Assembly (NCBI RefSeq): GCF_963676685.1
Contig: NC_092353.1
Coordinates: forward strand, 60,078,001 to 60,142,000
DNA length: 64,000 nt
Direction of reading: 5' to 3'
Source of the DNA: Mytilus edulis
Lineage: Eukaryota
Part shown: positions 22,901-34,668 of the stretch, piece by piece
Numbering within the stretch: the first letter of the stretch is position 1
Layout: each line of letters begins with the position of its first letter
Notes under the pieces: model-generated
What the model saw: the letters and a program-made list of their open reading frames with translations, nothing else
What the model was told of the DNA's origin: nothing
Database searches by the model: none
Program-made: the position numbers and the translations under genes

Positions 22901-25133
22901 AGAACTACCTGAAAAATTTCAACCATTTGAGGTATGTACTTCTAATACAAGTAACTTACAATCAAGGGGATTCAGTTAAAATCCCTGTCACTGGTGACAG
23001 TTGAATTACTGTCATGACTGTAAAGTGTGATTTCAGGTCAAAATACAGTAAGATATTTGAGAGTGAATCTCAACTTGAGATTCACCACCAAAAGTGATTT
23101 AGAATTACCATGTAAGAACTTTTTGCCATTTGCTTGTGCCTACCAGGTAAACAAGCATTATAATGCAGCTATTTTGTATCAATGGTTCTGATTGAATGAC
23201 AGTAAGCGTAAAATTCTCTATCTCCTTGTGGTTCCAGTCATTTTGAATTGCTTAATGTATTGACATGTAATTTCTACAATAGTAAGCCAAAAACTCACAT
23301 GTTGCACCTAAAAATCTTCTTTTTATCAAATTTTATTACATTCTGAAGCGACACAGAAGCCAGAAAACGCCCTGTGTTTATGTTTGACGCCGGAAGCATA
23401 CCTATGACCTCATCTAGTGTAGGGACCAAAGAAGATAACATCTTTTGGGGAATTTTCTTTAATGAAGATTTTAAACTGAAATAATGATTGTAATTTAATT
23501 ATGAACTTGTTTTGCATTAGAATAGAGATAACTGTATTTTATTTGAAGCTTTTCGGACGTCCATCGGTAGTTTTACTGTCGCAAATACCTGTTTACCTGT
23601 CTCCGCTACACGTCGCCAGGTAAACTAAATTTGCTACAGTAAAACTACTGATGGACGTCCTTAAAGCTTCAAATACAAATCAGTTATCTCTTAATTATCT
23701 GCCAACTACTAGTTTTAAAAAAAATATGAAAGTGTTTTCATTTAATAGAATGAAATATTTGTGAAGAAATCAACAATCAGTCAATCCATGGGCAATTTTG
23801 CATATTTTCCCTGTATCCCTGCAAATCATTTTCTTGTAATGAATATGTATGAAATATTTTTCACTGGACATAAAGAAATGAATCTCTCAATTAGTAAATC
23901 AATTATGCTTTTATACCTATTTAAGCAGGTATTTTGCAACTAAGAACATAGAATCTGAGTTTGACATACTCAGTACGACACCATTAGATTGCTATTAACA
24001 ATTGTTGATCTTTTATTGATAATTAATTATTACCTGTATTTATTTCTTTTCAGAATCTCCTGAAACCAACCAAGGGTTACATTCTTGGAGAAAAGGTATG
24101 TGTTAATACACTCTCATAAAAAAAGTGTCTTAAAATTAAAATAATCAGTGGCTCAGTGGTCTAAGTAGTCAAAATACTATATCACAAGCCAGTCAACACT
24201 GAGGTTTTGAGTTCAAATCCTTCACAGGACCGTTGAACTAGACTCTTGATTATAATTGGCTAGGATTGTGAGTTTTCCTACCAAAGGTTGTGGTAATATC
24301 TCTACTCTCTGGCTTCAACCACCCATAAAAACGTATGATGGGACCACCGCTAAATAACACAATAGTTTTGAATGAGGCGTTAAACACCAATCAATCAGTC
24401 TATCTTAAAATGAAAATAACTCTGCCTTGTGTTCTATATTCACCTTCATCATGAACAGTCAAGTTTAACCCTTTGAAAGCCAGTGATGCATAAACATGTA
24501 GAAATTGAAGAAGTAATATGACAAAATGGCACATAAAAAAAGAATAACTATTAAACTTCAACTTACTGGTAATATTTTTTAGAAAAAAAACCAGTTAAAT
24601 GTGTTACTGTAAATTCAGAAATTATTGCGATGTTTTTATTATTGCAAAAAATGTAACAGGGTTATAATTGCAATAATTTAAATTCGCATTTTGAAATATT
24701 TTGTTTAAATTAAATAGGATTTTTCTCAATATTGCAAAAATTACAATAGCATTTTAGTCTAAAATGACAAAACACAATAATAAATGCATGCAAAAATTTC
24801 TGAATTTACAGTACTAAGTAACAATTGTATTGCTTGGATTTTATATTCATGCAATATCTTACAAGTGTATATCTTACATATCTTATCTTGCAAAAATTGC
24901 TTTATTGATATTTTGACTGATATTAGTTCTTTTCTTACCGTCAGATATCCTGGGTAGATTACAATTTATTTGATCTGTTGGACATCCTAATCATTCTCTC
25001 ACCTGGATGTCTTGATGCTTTCCCAGCTGTCAAAGCTTTCTATGAACGAGTGTTGGCTAGACCAGGAGTCCAGAAAAGAAGACAAACTGACCACTTCAAG
25101 AATATGCCTGTAAATGGCAATGGAAAACAATAA
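19948..25133 (+). CDS. GSTP: Glutathione S-transferase, Pi class (206 aa, 7 coding exons)
   Basis: Exons 19948-19978, 20379-20485, 21766-21856, 22373-22476, 22875-22931, 24054-24095, 24945-25133; 621 nt, GT-AG introns. Sequence MPTLVYFPVRGRAEAMR (catalytic Tyr), FGQCP, QSNAIL, LYG...VEDLR, ISWVDYNLFDLL, and the Pi-class C-terminus PVNGNGKQ. Confidence 0.95.
21402..21652. mobile_element. GAGG...CCTC MITE with 6-bp TSD in GST intron 2
   Basis: TIR GAGG(G/C)CCCTCATGGGG; GTAAAT duplicated (21396-21401, 21653-21658); internal TGATTA repeats and poly-C. Confidence 0.8.
23525..23690. repeat. Long imperfect hairpin (foldback end of a non-autonomous element)
   Basis: AGAGATAACTG...GAAGCTTT...GGACGTCCATC...TTTTACTGT pairs with ACAGTAAAA...GATGGACGTCC...AAAGCTTC...CAGTTATCTCT. 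Confidence 0.75.
24146..24398 (+). mobile_element. tRNA-derived SINE in the last GST intron
   Basis: A box TGGCTCAGTGG, B box GAGTTCAAATCC, 3' end GGCGTTAAACACC(AATC)n. Confidence 0.7.
24605..24813. mobile_element. Tc1/mariner-type MITE
   Basis: TACTGTAAATTCAGAAATT...AATTTCTGAATTTACAGTA with TA ends; decayed copy at ~2462-2640. Confidence 0.8.
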
Positions 25134-26589
25134 ATCCCTATAGAGGGAGTGGTGAACATTCCACTTGTTTGGGGACACAGGCTTGCAGCTTTGTAAATGG
25201 CAGAACTTCTTGTACGCTTTGTAGATGGCCTGAACAATTAACTTTTATAATGATTGATGAATATTGCAATCATGTGGAGGAGAAATTAAAATATGATTAA
25301 TTTTCAGTGTGTTCTTGACCTTTTTCTTAATTTTATAAGTTTTTGAAGCTTGATGAAGGCAGATTTTCATGCCTTCATAATATTCAACAAAAAAAATCAT
25401 ATTTGATATATTTTTACCAGAGGATGTTTATTTTACATGCGCTCATGGTAGTATTCAGAATATCTACAAATGTATATAACCATGGGAGACTTCTATGTAA
25501 TTAACTAGGAAAATTTACTGTAATACACTCAACAAACAGAACAAAGAGATATAATTTAACTGTATGTATAGTGAGATGTACAGTATTATTCAGAAATTCA
25601 GAGCATTAGAGTTATGAGATATCTGGATTTTTACATTTTTTGTTTTAAACAACCGGTGTTTATATATTTAAAATAAGAGATTATCTCTAATGAATATTTG
25701 GTGTGAACTTTAAAACTATGTGAAAACAGTTTTACCATTGCTTTATATAGTCATGGTCATAGATGATGACAGTTTGGTGTTTAGTTGAAATAAGAAGATG
25801 TGGTATAAGTGCCAAAGAGACAACTCTCCATTCAAGTCACAATGTGTAAAAAGTAAACAAGTATAGTCTTCAGCAACGAGTCTTGTCTCGCATCTAACAG
25901 TGGTCAGTTGCAAATATTACATGAACCCTGCTTTGTAATAGACCTACACTCTGAGACATATTTTTAATGAAAGAGTTCAAAAGATAAATTCAGCAGGAAG
26001 CCAGACATTAGACTGGTACCTGACTGTTTTTTAACAAGTTTGGCAATATTGTTACCATAATACAGGTATAGATATAAGAAGATGTGGTATGAGTGCCTTT
26101 GAGACAACTTTACATCCAAGTCGCAATTTGTAAAATGACAACATATGATTGAAAGCCCCTCGTTCTAAAAGTGACTTAAGCCACCGCAGAAATGTAATGG
26201 CAGTGGCTATTTGACTGGCACCGGCTAAATAGCAAATTTGCTATTTGACCGGCACCGGCAAAATAGCAAATTTGCTATTTAGCCGGCACTGAATAATTTG
26301 TATCTCAATGGAATTAAAATGTAAGAATAATAATTAAATATCAAAATTATATATTTAAAAACTTTTGTAACTGTTACTCATATAAACACTTAAACTTTTA
26401 ACTATCAAATTAAATATATTTTAAAAATTAAAATACAAATACATCCGAGGAACAAGTTGAAGCAAGATCTGATCTTTTAACTGCCTCTTGTTTGGACTCA
26501 ATATTGTAAACATTGATTTATTCAAAAAGTATTGTCACAAAGATGCATGGGGAAGCTATTAAGAGCGTAAAACTATATAAAAAGAAGAA

Positions 26590-26755
26590 AAATAACCCTA
26601 TCTTCATATGCAACATATGCACACATGGTACAGATTCAAAGGAAGCCAGTGTTATGTGTAGTTCCTGTTTGGAGTGGCAAAATTTATCTTGTGCTAGATT
26701 AAAACAACTTCTAAAAGGCAAAGATTTGGTTTAATTTGTAACAATTGCAAATGTT
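26590..26755 (+). pseudogene. Frameshifted PHD finger remnant (transposase-associated)
   Basis: ICNIC...VMCSSCLEWQNLSC, followed out of frame by W...CNNCK; the conserved His is lost. Confidence 0.6.
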
Positions 26756-27080
26756 AAATCATGTATCCTTTTGAAATTCGTAGCAAACAACTTTTAATAT
26801 TGTCTTTTTTATGATGTGCGTAGTTTTACATAACACTATTTTTATCGCATGGCAGGATATTTAAATCATAGATTTTACACAGATTTGGACAACTACTTTT
26901 TATCTTACCTGACCTGAAAGGTCAAGTGAGCTTTTCTCATTACTTGGCGTCTGTCGTCCGTCTACTGGACCAATTTAACAGAACTTTGCCACAATCATCA
27001 TTATGGTATCTAGGTTTAAAAATGTGTCTGATGATCCGGCCAACCAACCAAGATGGCGGCCATGGCTTAACATACATGTA

Positions 27081-27320
27081 GTAAGTTTGGATGTTATTGT
27101 AAGATCAGCTGACTTTTTATGTTTTTTGTACAATCTGTCACGGCGTTTTATTAGTTTGCGTACTGATGGTGTGAGCCAAGACGGGCTGTCTTTTTGTTTT
27201 GCGGTTTTGTGCGGGGTGTGATTTGCCACACTCTGGTTTAAGTTGGTCTTAAAGACTAACCAGAGCTCCTCGGTTGAACTGCAGTTTGCAGCTAGTTCTT
27301 TGATCTTTTGATGGTGTTTT
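27081..27320 (-). mobile_element. LINE ORF2 fragment (EN-RT linker)
   Basis: ELWLVFK...SPSWLTPSVRKLIKRRDRLYKK, the W-centred linker motif of CR1/L2-group ORF2. Confidence 0.65.
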
Positions 27321-29214
27321 CATGCTTTTAATTAATATTATTAAGTTATAAATTATTTATTTATATGAACAATTAAAAATAAAATATTAAAGATGTTCAT
27401 CTTTAATATTTTATTTATATGAACATCTTTAGTATTTTATTTTTTATTGTACTGTATTTTAATGCTTGATATTGTGATAAAATGATTTTAAATTATTATT
27501 AAGCTTTTTTATTTTCTACTAACATGACTAATCACATCAATGAACAATTTTATTCAGTGCCGGCTAAATAGCAAATTTGCTATTTTGCCGGTGCCGGTCA
27601 AATAGCAAATTTGCTATTTAGCCGGTGCTGGTCAAATAGCCAAATGTAATACAATGTAATAAGAGAATTTTATGCTCAGTGAAAACAGCCTCAAATATTA
27701 GTCCCTGAGCAAAGATGACCTGCAAAATCTGGATGTCAAATTCTTGTGCTCTGGACGGGTAAGCAGTTCCTGCACCAAAACGAAATGGAATATGGTATCA
27801 GCTAAGAGATGTATATCCTATATGCAGATTCTGGTAACATTTACTTTGATTACTGATCACATCGATGTAATAAATAAATTTGAAAGATGTTTCTTGGAGC
27901 ACTTGAATTGGTGGACTTAGCTCTACAAAGTTGCGTGTATGAAACATTTCTAACTTTCCTGTCCATCTACAGCAACTGGAATAATATTAATCAAGTACTA
28001 GACTAAATATTCCCAAAACCATGACACTGGAAATCATTCCTCCCCCCTAAAAAATAATAATAATGAGTGCATATAAATTAAAAGGGGTAGCCAGATAAAC
28101 ATAGGATGGTAATAATGTGGCTACAAAAAAAACCCACCGAAAAACAAACTACCTTTAAGGATCAGCATCCTTGTTGTACTTTAAAATATTTTTGAGTTCC
28201 AATAGAAAATCAACACCTTAAATGATGTAATTTAAAAAAAATCTTAACAATAGATCTTCTTCGAAAGTTTAACAAAAATCGTTGTAAGATGAAATGTTTT
28301 CAATGAAAGCAACAAGTAATCAATCAACATTTTGATGAAAATTTTAAGATTTGCTTTAATTTTTTTTTATGGTTGTAAAAGCGTCGAGCTTGCGGACATT
28401 TTTAGATACAAAATGTACTTCGGGCCAACGCTTTTACGCCCTCATGCCCTCAATAAATTTACAAAAGTCATTCAATTCTTAAATAAAATCAATACTTTTC
28501 CCCTCTAGATTTTTGAATAAAATATCAATGTTAATATTTAAGAAAAAGTTTTGCATCGATCACTCTCGCAAAATTCTTACTAAGCATGCTCCATAAATAT
28601 AAAAGACGTCCATTGTCATTAAGGGTGAGTTTCAGTATTTTCAACCAATCATACATTGAAATATATATTTAGTATATGTCGTGAATTTTTTTCTCTGCTT
28701 ATTTTTGTTTATTTCCATTGGTATAGTTTAATATAGGACATAATGCAAGTGCCTGTCCCCCAAGTCAGAAATTTTCATTTCGAGTATTTATGTTGTTCGG
28801 TTGCTGTCTAGTTGATGTTCATTATAACTCACACTTTTAAGGGTGATCATTACCCATGGTTGCTTGTACTGTTGTATTTTATAACTACTACTAACAAAAA
28901 TTTGACAGAATTGCATCCAGTCTTCACTTGTGTAGAACCTGAGCAGGGTCTTCAAGATGTTTCCTGAATTTGGGGTCGCCACGATATTCCGACACCCCGT
29001 TAGTCCGACACCCCATTGGTCTGACACCCCAATAGTCCGACACCCCATTAGTCCGACACCCCACTAGTCCGACACCCCGTTAGTCCGACACTTTTACCAT
29101 AGATTATGACATTATATATAACTATGCAAATGCTTGAAATACTGAAAGACATAATTGCAAACTGCATTCGTCGTACATTAAAAGATATATAAAATTTACA
29201 CGCTAAAAAATCTG

Positions 29215-29697
29215 TTCCTAGTGTCTATTTCTTGTTGGGATGTACAAGTACCCGGCCACGTCTACTTGTATTTTTGTCCATTTGATGAGTTAAGTCATTT
29301 TTAACTGATTTGTATAGTTCGTTCTTATGTTGTACTGTTATACATTTGTACCACTGTCCCAGGTTAGGGGGATGGTTGGGATTTTGCTAACATGTTTAAT
29401 CCCGCCACATCATGTATGTATGTGCCTGTCAGTAGCCTAGAATGCAGTGGTTATCGTTTGTTTATGTGTTACCTATTTGTTTTTCGTTCATTTTTTTTAA
29501 GGATAAGGCCGTTAGTTTTCTCGTTTGAATTGTTTTACATTGTCATTTCGGGGCCTTTTTTAAAATTAAAAGCTGACTATGCGGTATGAACTTTGCTCAT
29601 TGTTGAAGACCGTACGATGACCTATAGTTGTAAATTTCTGTGTCATGTTGGTCTCTTGTGGAGATTTGTTTCATTTGCAATCATACCACATCTTCTA
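29215..29697. repeat. SINE-like interspersed repeat
   Basis: Ends in ...CATTTGCAATCATACCACATCTTCT; the same tail recurs at ~17170-17200 and ~47260-47295 and reversed at ~25795 and ~26077. Confidence 0.6.
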
Positions 29698-30007
29698 TTA
29701 AAACAACGTCATTACACAATTTTAGGGGAAACAACTTCCATTTGATTTCAGGGATCGCAATTGACTTATAAATTCCTAAAAGGTGTTTCATATATCCACT
29801 TGTTGATGCCTTCTTAAAATTAGCAAAATCATAAAAACTTTAATTGAGGAACGTCGATTTTGTTACAGTACTATCTTCTGATTTCTTAACTTTTACTTCA
29901 AATTATTATTTATGTTATCAACTACTCCTTAATTATATTCAATGATAATCAAGCTGTTCATTAGACTCCGTGTAATATGACTATCATATGCTAATAAATA
30001 GGTACAG

Positions 30008-30375
30008 TTTTAGCTCACCTGACTTGAAAGGTCAAGTAAGCTTTTCTCATCACTTGGCGTGCGGCGTCCGTCGCCTTTTTTCGTCGTCGTCTGTTCACTT
30101 TAACAAAAAGATTCTCTGAATTTAATGGCCAAATTTTAACCAAACTTGGCCACAATCATCACTAGGGTATCTAGTTTAAAACATGTGTCCAATCGATGAC
30201 CACGCCTGCCAACCAACATGGCCGACATGGCTAAACATAGAACACAGGGATAAAATGCAGTTTTTGGCTTATATCTATGAAACTATTTGCATTTAGAGCA
30301 AATCTGACATGTGCCAAAAAGGTTTATTGGATTTAGATTTATCTGCCTTGACACTTTCAGACGAATCCGACAACC
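30008..30375 (+). mobile_element. Helentron-associated (HINE/DINE-like) element, partial
   Basis: TTTTAGCTCACCTGAC...GTCAAGTAAGCT hairpin followed by a (CGT)n/GTCC microsatellite; a sister copy is at ~26898-27070. Confidence 0.65.
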
Positions 30376-30812
30376 CTCTAGTTGAATTATATAATGTACA
30401 GTCATGAGATGACAGTATATATTGCCTATGTATGTTATAAAACTACTAGGTAAAAAACAACTGGTGATAGTTTTCAAAAGGAAAATGCCTGTATAAGTAT
30501 GTCCGTAATATTATGTTATTAAGGAGAATGCATACAATTCTTCTAATGCATTCGCGTGCATTATGGCAAATAAGACGACCCATGTATCTAGGTACCTGCG
30601 AACGCTATTATGGGTTATATTATCATGACTATGATACGCATGCTTTTTACTGATATATATTTCTCAAGAAGTTTGAACATTTTGACAAAGAAATGCTGTT
30701 ATGCTCTTTGATTGGGTGGTTGTCTCTTTGACATATTCCCCATTTCCATTCTCAATTTTATTAAAACAAATATACTCTTGAAATTTCATTGGTTATATTA
30801 ATATACCATGTA

Positions 30813-31019
30813 TACCGTATAGCGGGTTATTTTCGCGGGTGTAACAATTCACGATTTTCATTGAAAATGAATATACATGCGAAATATTTTGGAAGTTATT
30901 ATTTTGGCGGATTCATAACTTTTATCATACCTTTGCATAATCACTTGCGGAATTTGATTTGGAGATTTTATTCTATTCGCGAAAATTTACACCCCGCAAA
31001 AACAACCCGGTATACGGTA
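30813..31019. mobile_element. Tc1/mariner-type MITE
   Basis: TACCGTATAGCGGGTTATTTTCGCGGG...CCCGCAAAAACAACCCGGTATACGGTA, flanked by TA. Confidence 0.8.
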
Positions 31020-31184
31020 TATGAAGCGATAAAGAACTCCATTTTGCATTCGATGACATCAGCGTATGTAGATATATGCGCAGCAATACTTGTTTAATGA
31101 ACAGCTGCGCCATTAACGCATGATACGTCCGTCGTCTTGTGTGTGAACTTTTATGCAATAATCATAAATTATAGTTTCATACCT

Positions 31185-31751
31185 ATGGGGTGACATGTGA
31201 GAACCCCCCTTTTTTATAAAAAAAAATCAATTACTCTAAAATAAAGTTTGAATCATCACCAAAAAGTATACAGATCTTAACATTAATATAACTAAGAATT
31301 GTATAAAGTTGTAAGCAAAAATCATAAATTGTTTTTGAGATACGGCGCGACATGTGACCCCCCCCCCCCCTTTTATTTTTACAAAAAAAAAACATAAAAA
31401 TAAAATTTTCAATCAAAACCAAAAAGTATATAGATCTTTAGAATAATAAAACTAAGAAGTATGTTAAGTTTTAAGCAATAATCATCAATGGCTTTTGAGA
31501 TACGGCACGACATGTGAAAAAATAACACCCCTGTTTTAGTTACAAAGTCCCGTAACTCAAAAAGTTTTAATCTTATTGTCATCAAAAAGTATACAGATCT
31601 TTTGATTATCATAAAAAAACAACTATGTTAAGTTTCATGAAATTTGGATGAGTCGTTCTCAAGTTACGATGCGACATGTTTACGCCGGACAGACAGACGG
31701 ACATTTGTATACCATAATACGTCCAGTCAAAATTTTGACGGGCGTAAAAAA
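31185..31751 (-). mobile_element. HINE-like element with ~170-bp internal tandem repeats
   Basis: Repeated AAAAAGTATA(C/T)AGATCTT units, a GACA/GACG microsatellite, and a terminal hairpin CGTCCAGTCAAAATTTTGACGGGCG + A run. Confidence 0.65.
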
Positions 31752-32674
31752 ACAAACACAGAACTGCCATAACATTACATTCAATATTTGAACCTGCATT
31801 TATTTTGTTGATATTTTGATACCTTGCCTAGCTAGATGATTTTGTAACAATATACATGTACGTGGTTTTTTTTTTTCTTGGTTCCACACAATCGAATACC
31901 GGTAACAAGTAGAATATAACGATCTTCTGATGAGACTTTCTTTGTAGTGTTGTTAATATCCTTCCAGATCACTTAGTTACATTTCAGTTTGTGAGTGCGA
32001 GTTTTTGTTTTGAACAACTTTTATCTAATAGTGCAATTGAGCATGGAAATGGGAAATGTGTCAAAGAAACAACAATCAGACCAAAGAACAGACAACAGCC
32101 GAAAGCCACTTATGGGTCTTCAATGAAGCGAAAAACTCCCGCACTCGGAGTCGTGTTTCAATTGGCCCCTAAACAATACTGTTTAGGGATTGTTTTAATT
32201 GAACATTTGTATTGCCCTATTTTCTTATATACTTATAGGTCGATTTTTTTGTTGCCTTTTATATAGATATTCTAGGGGTACCCTGGATCTAAGTCGCAAA
32301 ATTCCTGAATTTGTGTTCACTTTTATTTCAAATACAATAGATCTGATAGGACAAACAATAAACAATCAAATAAATACGGAAAGAACTCATGTAGTTTTCG
32401 GTTTCGGTCAAACTAACCAATGAATGCATATATCTTTAATCAACAATATTGAATCAATTCATTTACGAATAAAAGAGTTGAAGTTGAAGATTGTTGTTTG
32501 CATCTCCCGCAATGGAGGGGTGAGGGGTAATTAAGCAAATCCGTTCGGATAGCGGGTTAATTGACAAGTTCATTGATGTGGAAAGTGTGTGTTTACAGTT
32601 TCGGTATGCAAGTTATCTTATGTTGTTCCTCGTAAAGATAAACATTTACATAATAGTCAGGGCCGTAACTACCT

Positions 32675-33144
32675 TAAACTGGTCCGCCGTTCTATCTATA
32701 GCTTCGCACCGAAGGAACGGGTTGGAGCTATTGTCACATTGGCATTAATTGGATGAGTCTTACAAATTCAACGATTCGCTAATAAAATTGGCCAATTAAA
32801 GTGATAAGAAATTGACCTCAAATGTTAATACTGCGATGCCGCAAAATAAACAAGTATCTGTTAATTGACCCGATGGTAGTAGAGCAGATAAATGACCAAC
32901 GAGCGTGTTAACATGTTCTCGACAAACTGAGCCGGTATCTTTTATTCCCTTAAGAACTCAGTAGGGTAATAAATGTGCTAATTTTTCTTTGATTTGCTAT
33001 CAGTTTAATACATAATCAAACATAGCCCATGATGTACTAGTCTCGTCGAATTATTAAATCCCGTGGTCAGAATTCTGACCACGGGATTTAGGCCATACCT
33101 GTTGTCAGTGTAGCGATATGTGAACACAACAGGAGTCCAGTTTA
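32675..33144. mobile_element. 470-bp unclassified TIR element with 9-bp TSD, inserted in the left end of the hAT-like element
   Basis: TAAACTGG...CCAGTTTA; TAACTACCT duplicated (32666-32674, 33145-33153); internal perfect 36-bp palindrome at 33055-33090. Confidence 0.8.
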
Positions 33145-33671
33145 TAACTACCTATGAGGCAGGGGAGGCAGTCAGGGGAGGCAACCCTGAATTTTCTACA
33201 CCAATTTTTTTTTTGAAGTAAAAGAATAAAATATTGACAATATGTATACATGAAGAACTTGAATTTATATTATAAACAACACAAGTTAACAGTTTTAACA
33301 GTGTTATCATGATACGTGATATGTCTGTCATTTTTCGGATTTTTGATCGAAAGTAAACCGTTTTAGTATTTGGTTTTTTTTTTCGTGTGGCCGTCCGTCT
33401 GTTATTTAGTATTGAGGGGGGTCAGTATTCGTATGAAAACACATATGAAACTTTGATTTCGATAATTTTGAATAAAAACTTAACTATTCACATTTATTTG
33501 GGGGCTCATTTATTTAAGCAGAGGAAGTTCCTTTTGTGTTGTGAATCTTTTAAGATATCGGAAATTCGTTACCGGCTGAATCAGCTGTTGGATCGTTTTT
33601 TTTAAGTTTCCCGATCGTACGAGAACATTATGGTCAATGCCTTAGTAGGTAAACATTCCCATTCGTTGTAG

Positions 33672-33721
33672 CAGGGACTTTCTATACTAAGTATATACTA
33701 GACTAGTATAGAAAGTCCCTG
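33672..33721. mobile_element. 50-bp micro-MITE with 7-bp TSD
   Basis: 18-bp perfect TIR CAGGGACTTTCTATACTA; GTTGTAG duplicated on both sides. Confidence 0.8.
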
Positions 33722-34668
33722 GTTGTAGTTATATACATGTCTGTTCAGCTTTCAACAATATTGAAATTCAAGATCCTTGATAAAAAAAAAATATCTTGCG
33801 TTTTAAAATCGTGCTTTATATGTTTTTTAAACTTACCAGTTTCTAAAAAAAAATATCTTTAAATACAGAAAATACAGATAATAATTGTTTGCATGAAAAT
33901 TGCTCCAAGGATCCAGCAAAACTGATCTTTCTGAAGGAAAACGGGTAATTTCGGGCCATATCATTTGAGAAAAAAATCCACGGTCACAATGTATTTAATG
34001 TTAACAATTGTAGGTCAAAGTACAGCCTTCAAGACGGAGCCTTGGCTAATCGCGAACAGCAATCTCAGCTTGTTTTTGCATAAAAGTTGCTTCCAGGTTC
34101 AAGCAATACTGATGTTTCTTAAAGTAAGGAAATCGAGGGGAAACGGGAAATTTTTGCAAATGACTGAGAGAAAAAAAATCGGTGGGGGGGGGGGGGGGGG
34201 GGCTGCGCCCCCTACCCTTGACTCAATCGGCGGCCCCCAAACCCCTGCCTCCCCTGAATTTAGACCCTAGTTACGGCCCTGATAGTACTATCGATGTGTC
34301 CCTGATTGCTCTCTAAAAACTGGTCTAACACTAGGTTCACAAATTAGTAAGTTTCTGTGTATCAGCTTACTACTGTTGGTCGGGATTAATTGTATTGTCG
34401 GACTATTGGTGTGTCGGATCAATGGGGTGTCGGACCAATGGGGTGTCGGACTAGTGGGGTGTCGGACTAATGGGGTGTCGGAACATCGGGGCTGCCCCCC
34501 TGAATTTCAGCTTGAAACTGTAACGGTTACTAAGGCGCAGAAAGGAGACGACAATACAAACTTTACATGTGTATCTTTAAGTCTATGGCTCTAAATCGGC
34601 CGTAGTTAAAAATAATAAGTTGTGCAGTAGTCTAGCGTTAACCTTATAAACAGGTTATTATATATATA

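Larger units (their letters stand above)
26199..27641. mobile_element. Non-autonomous MULE-like element with PHD-finger remnant and nested HINE and LINE fragments
   Basis: ~86-bp TIRs built from GCTATTT..CCGGCACCGG..AAATAGC palindromes; 9-bp TSD AAATGTAAT (26190-26198, 27642-27650). Confidence 0.82.
32658..34281. mobile_element. hAT-like non-autonomous element nested in the MULE
   Basis: TIR CAGGGCCGTAACTA / TAGTTACGGCCCTG; ATAGT directly repeated on both flanks; subterminal GCAGGGGAGGCA motifs. Confidence 0.75.
28972..34498. mobile_element. 5.5-kb non-autonomous MULE-like element with many nested insertions
   Basis: Ends GGGGTCGCC / GGGGCAGCC, each followed by 17-bp tandem TAGTCCGACACCCC repeats in inverted orientation; 9-bp TSD CCTGAATTT (28963-28971, 34499-34507). 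Confidence 0.85.

Noticed and set aside
24146-24225. tRNA gene
   Set aside because: A and B boxes are present but there is no cloverleaf, and it continues into a SINE body and (AATC)n tail.
28985-29090. CRISPR-like short regular repeats (also 34395-34482 and 16735-16870)
   Set aside because: Repeats abut with no unique spacers, there are no cas genes, the context is eukaryotic, and they are subterminal repeats of TIR transposons.
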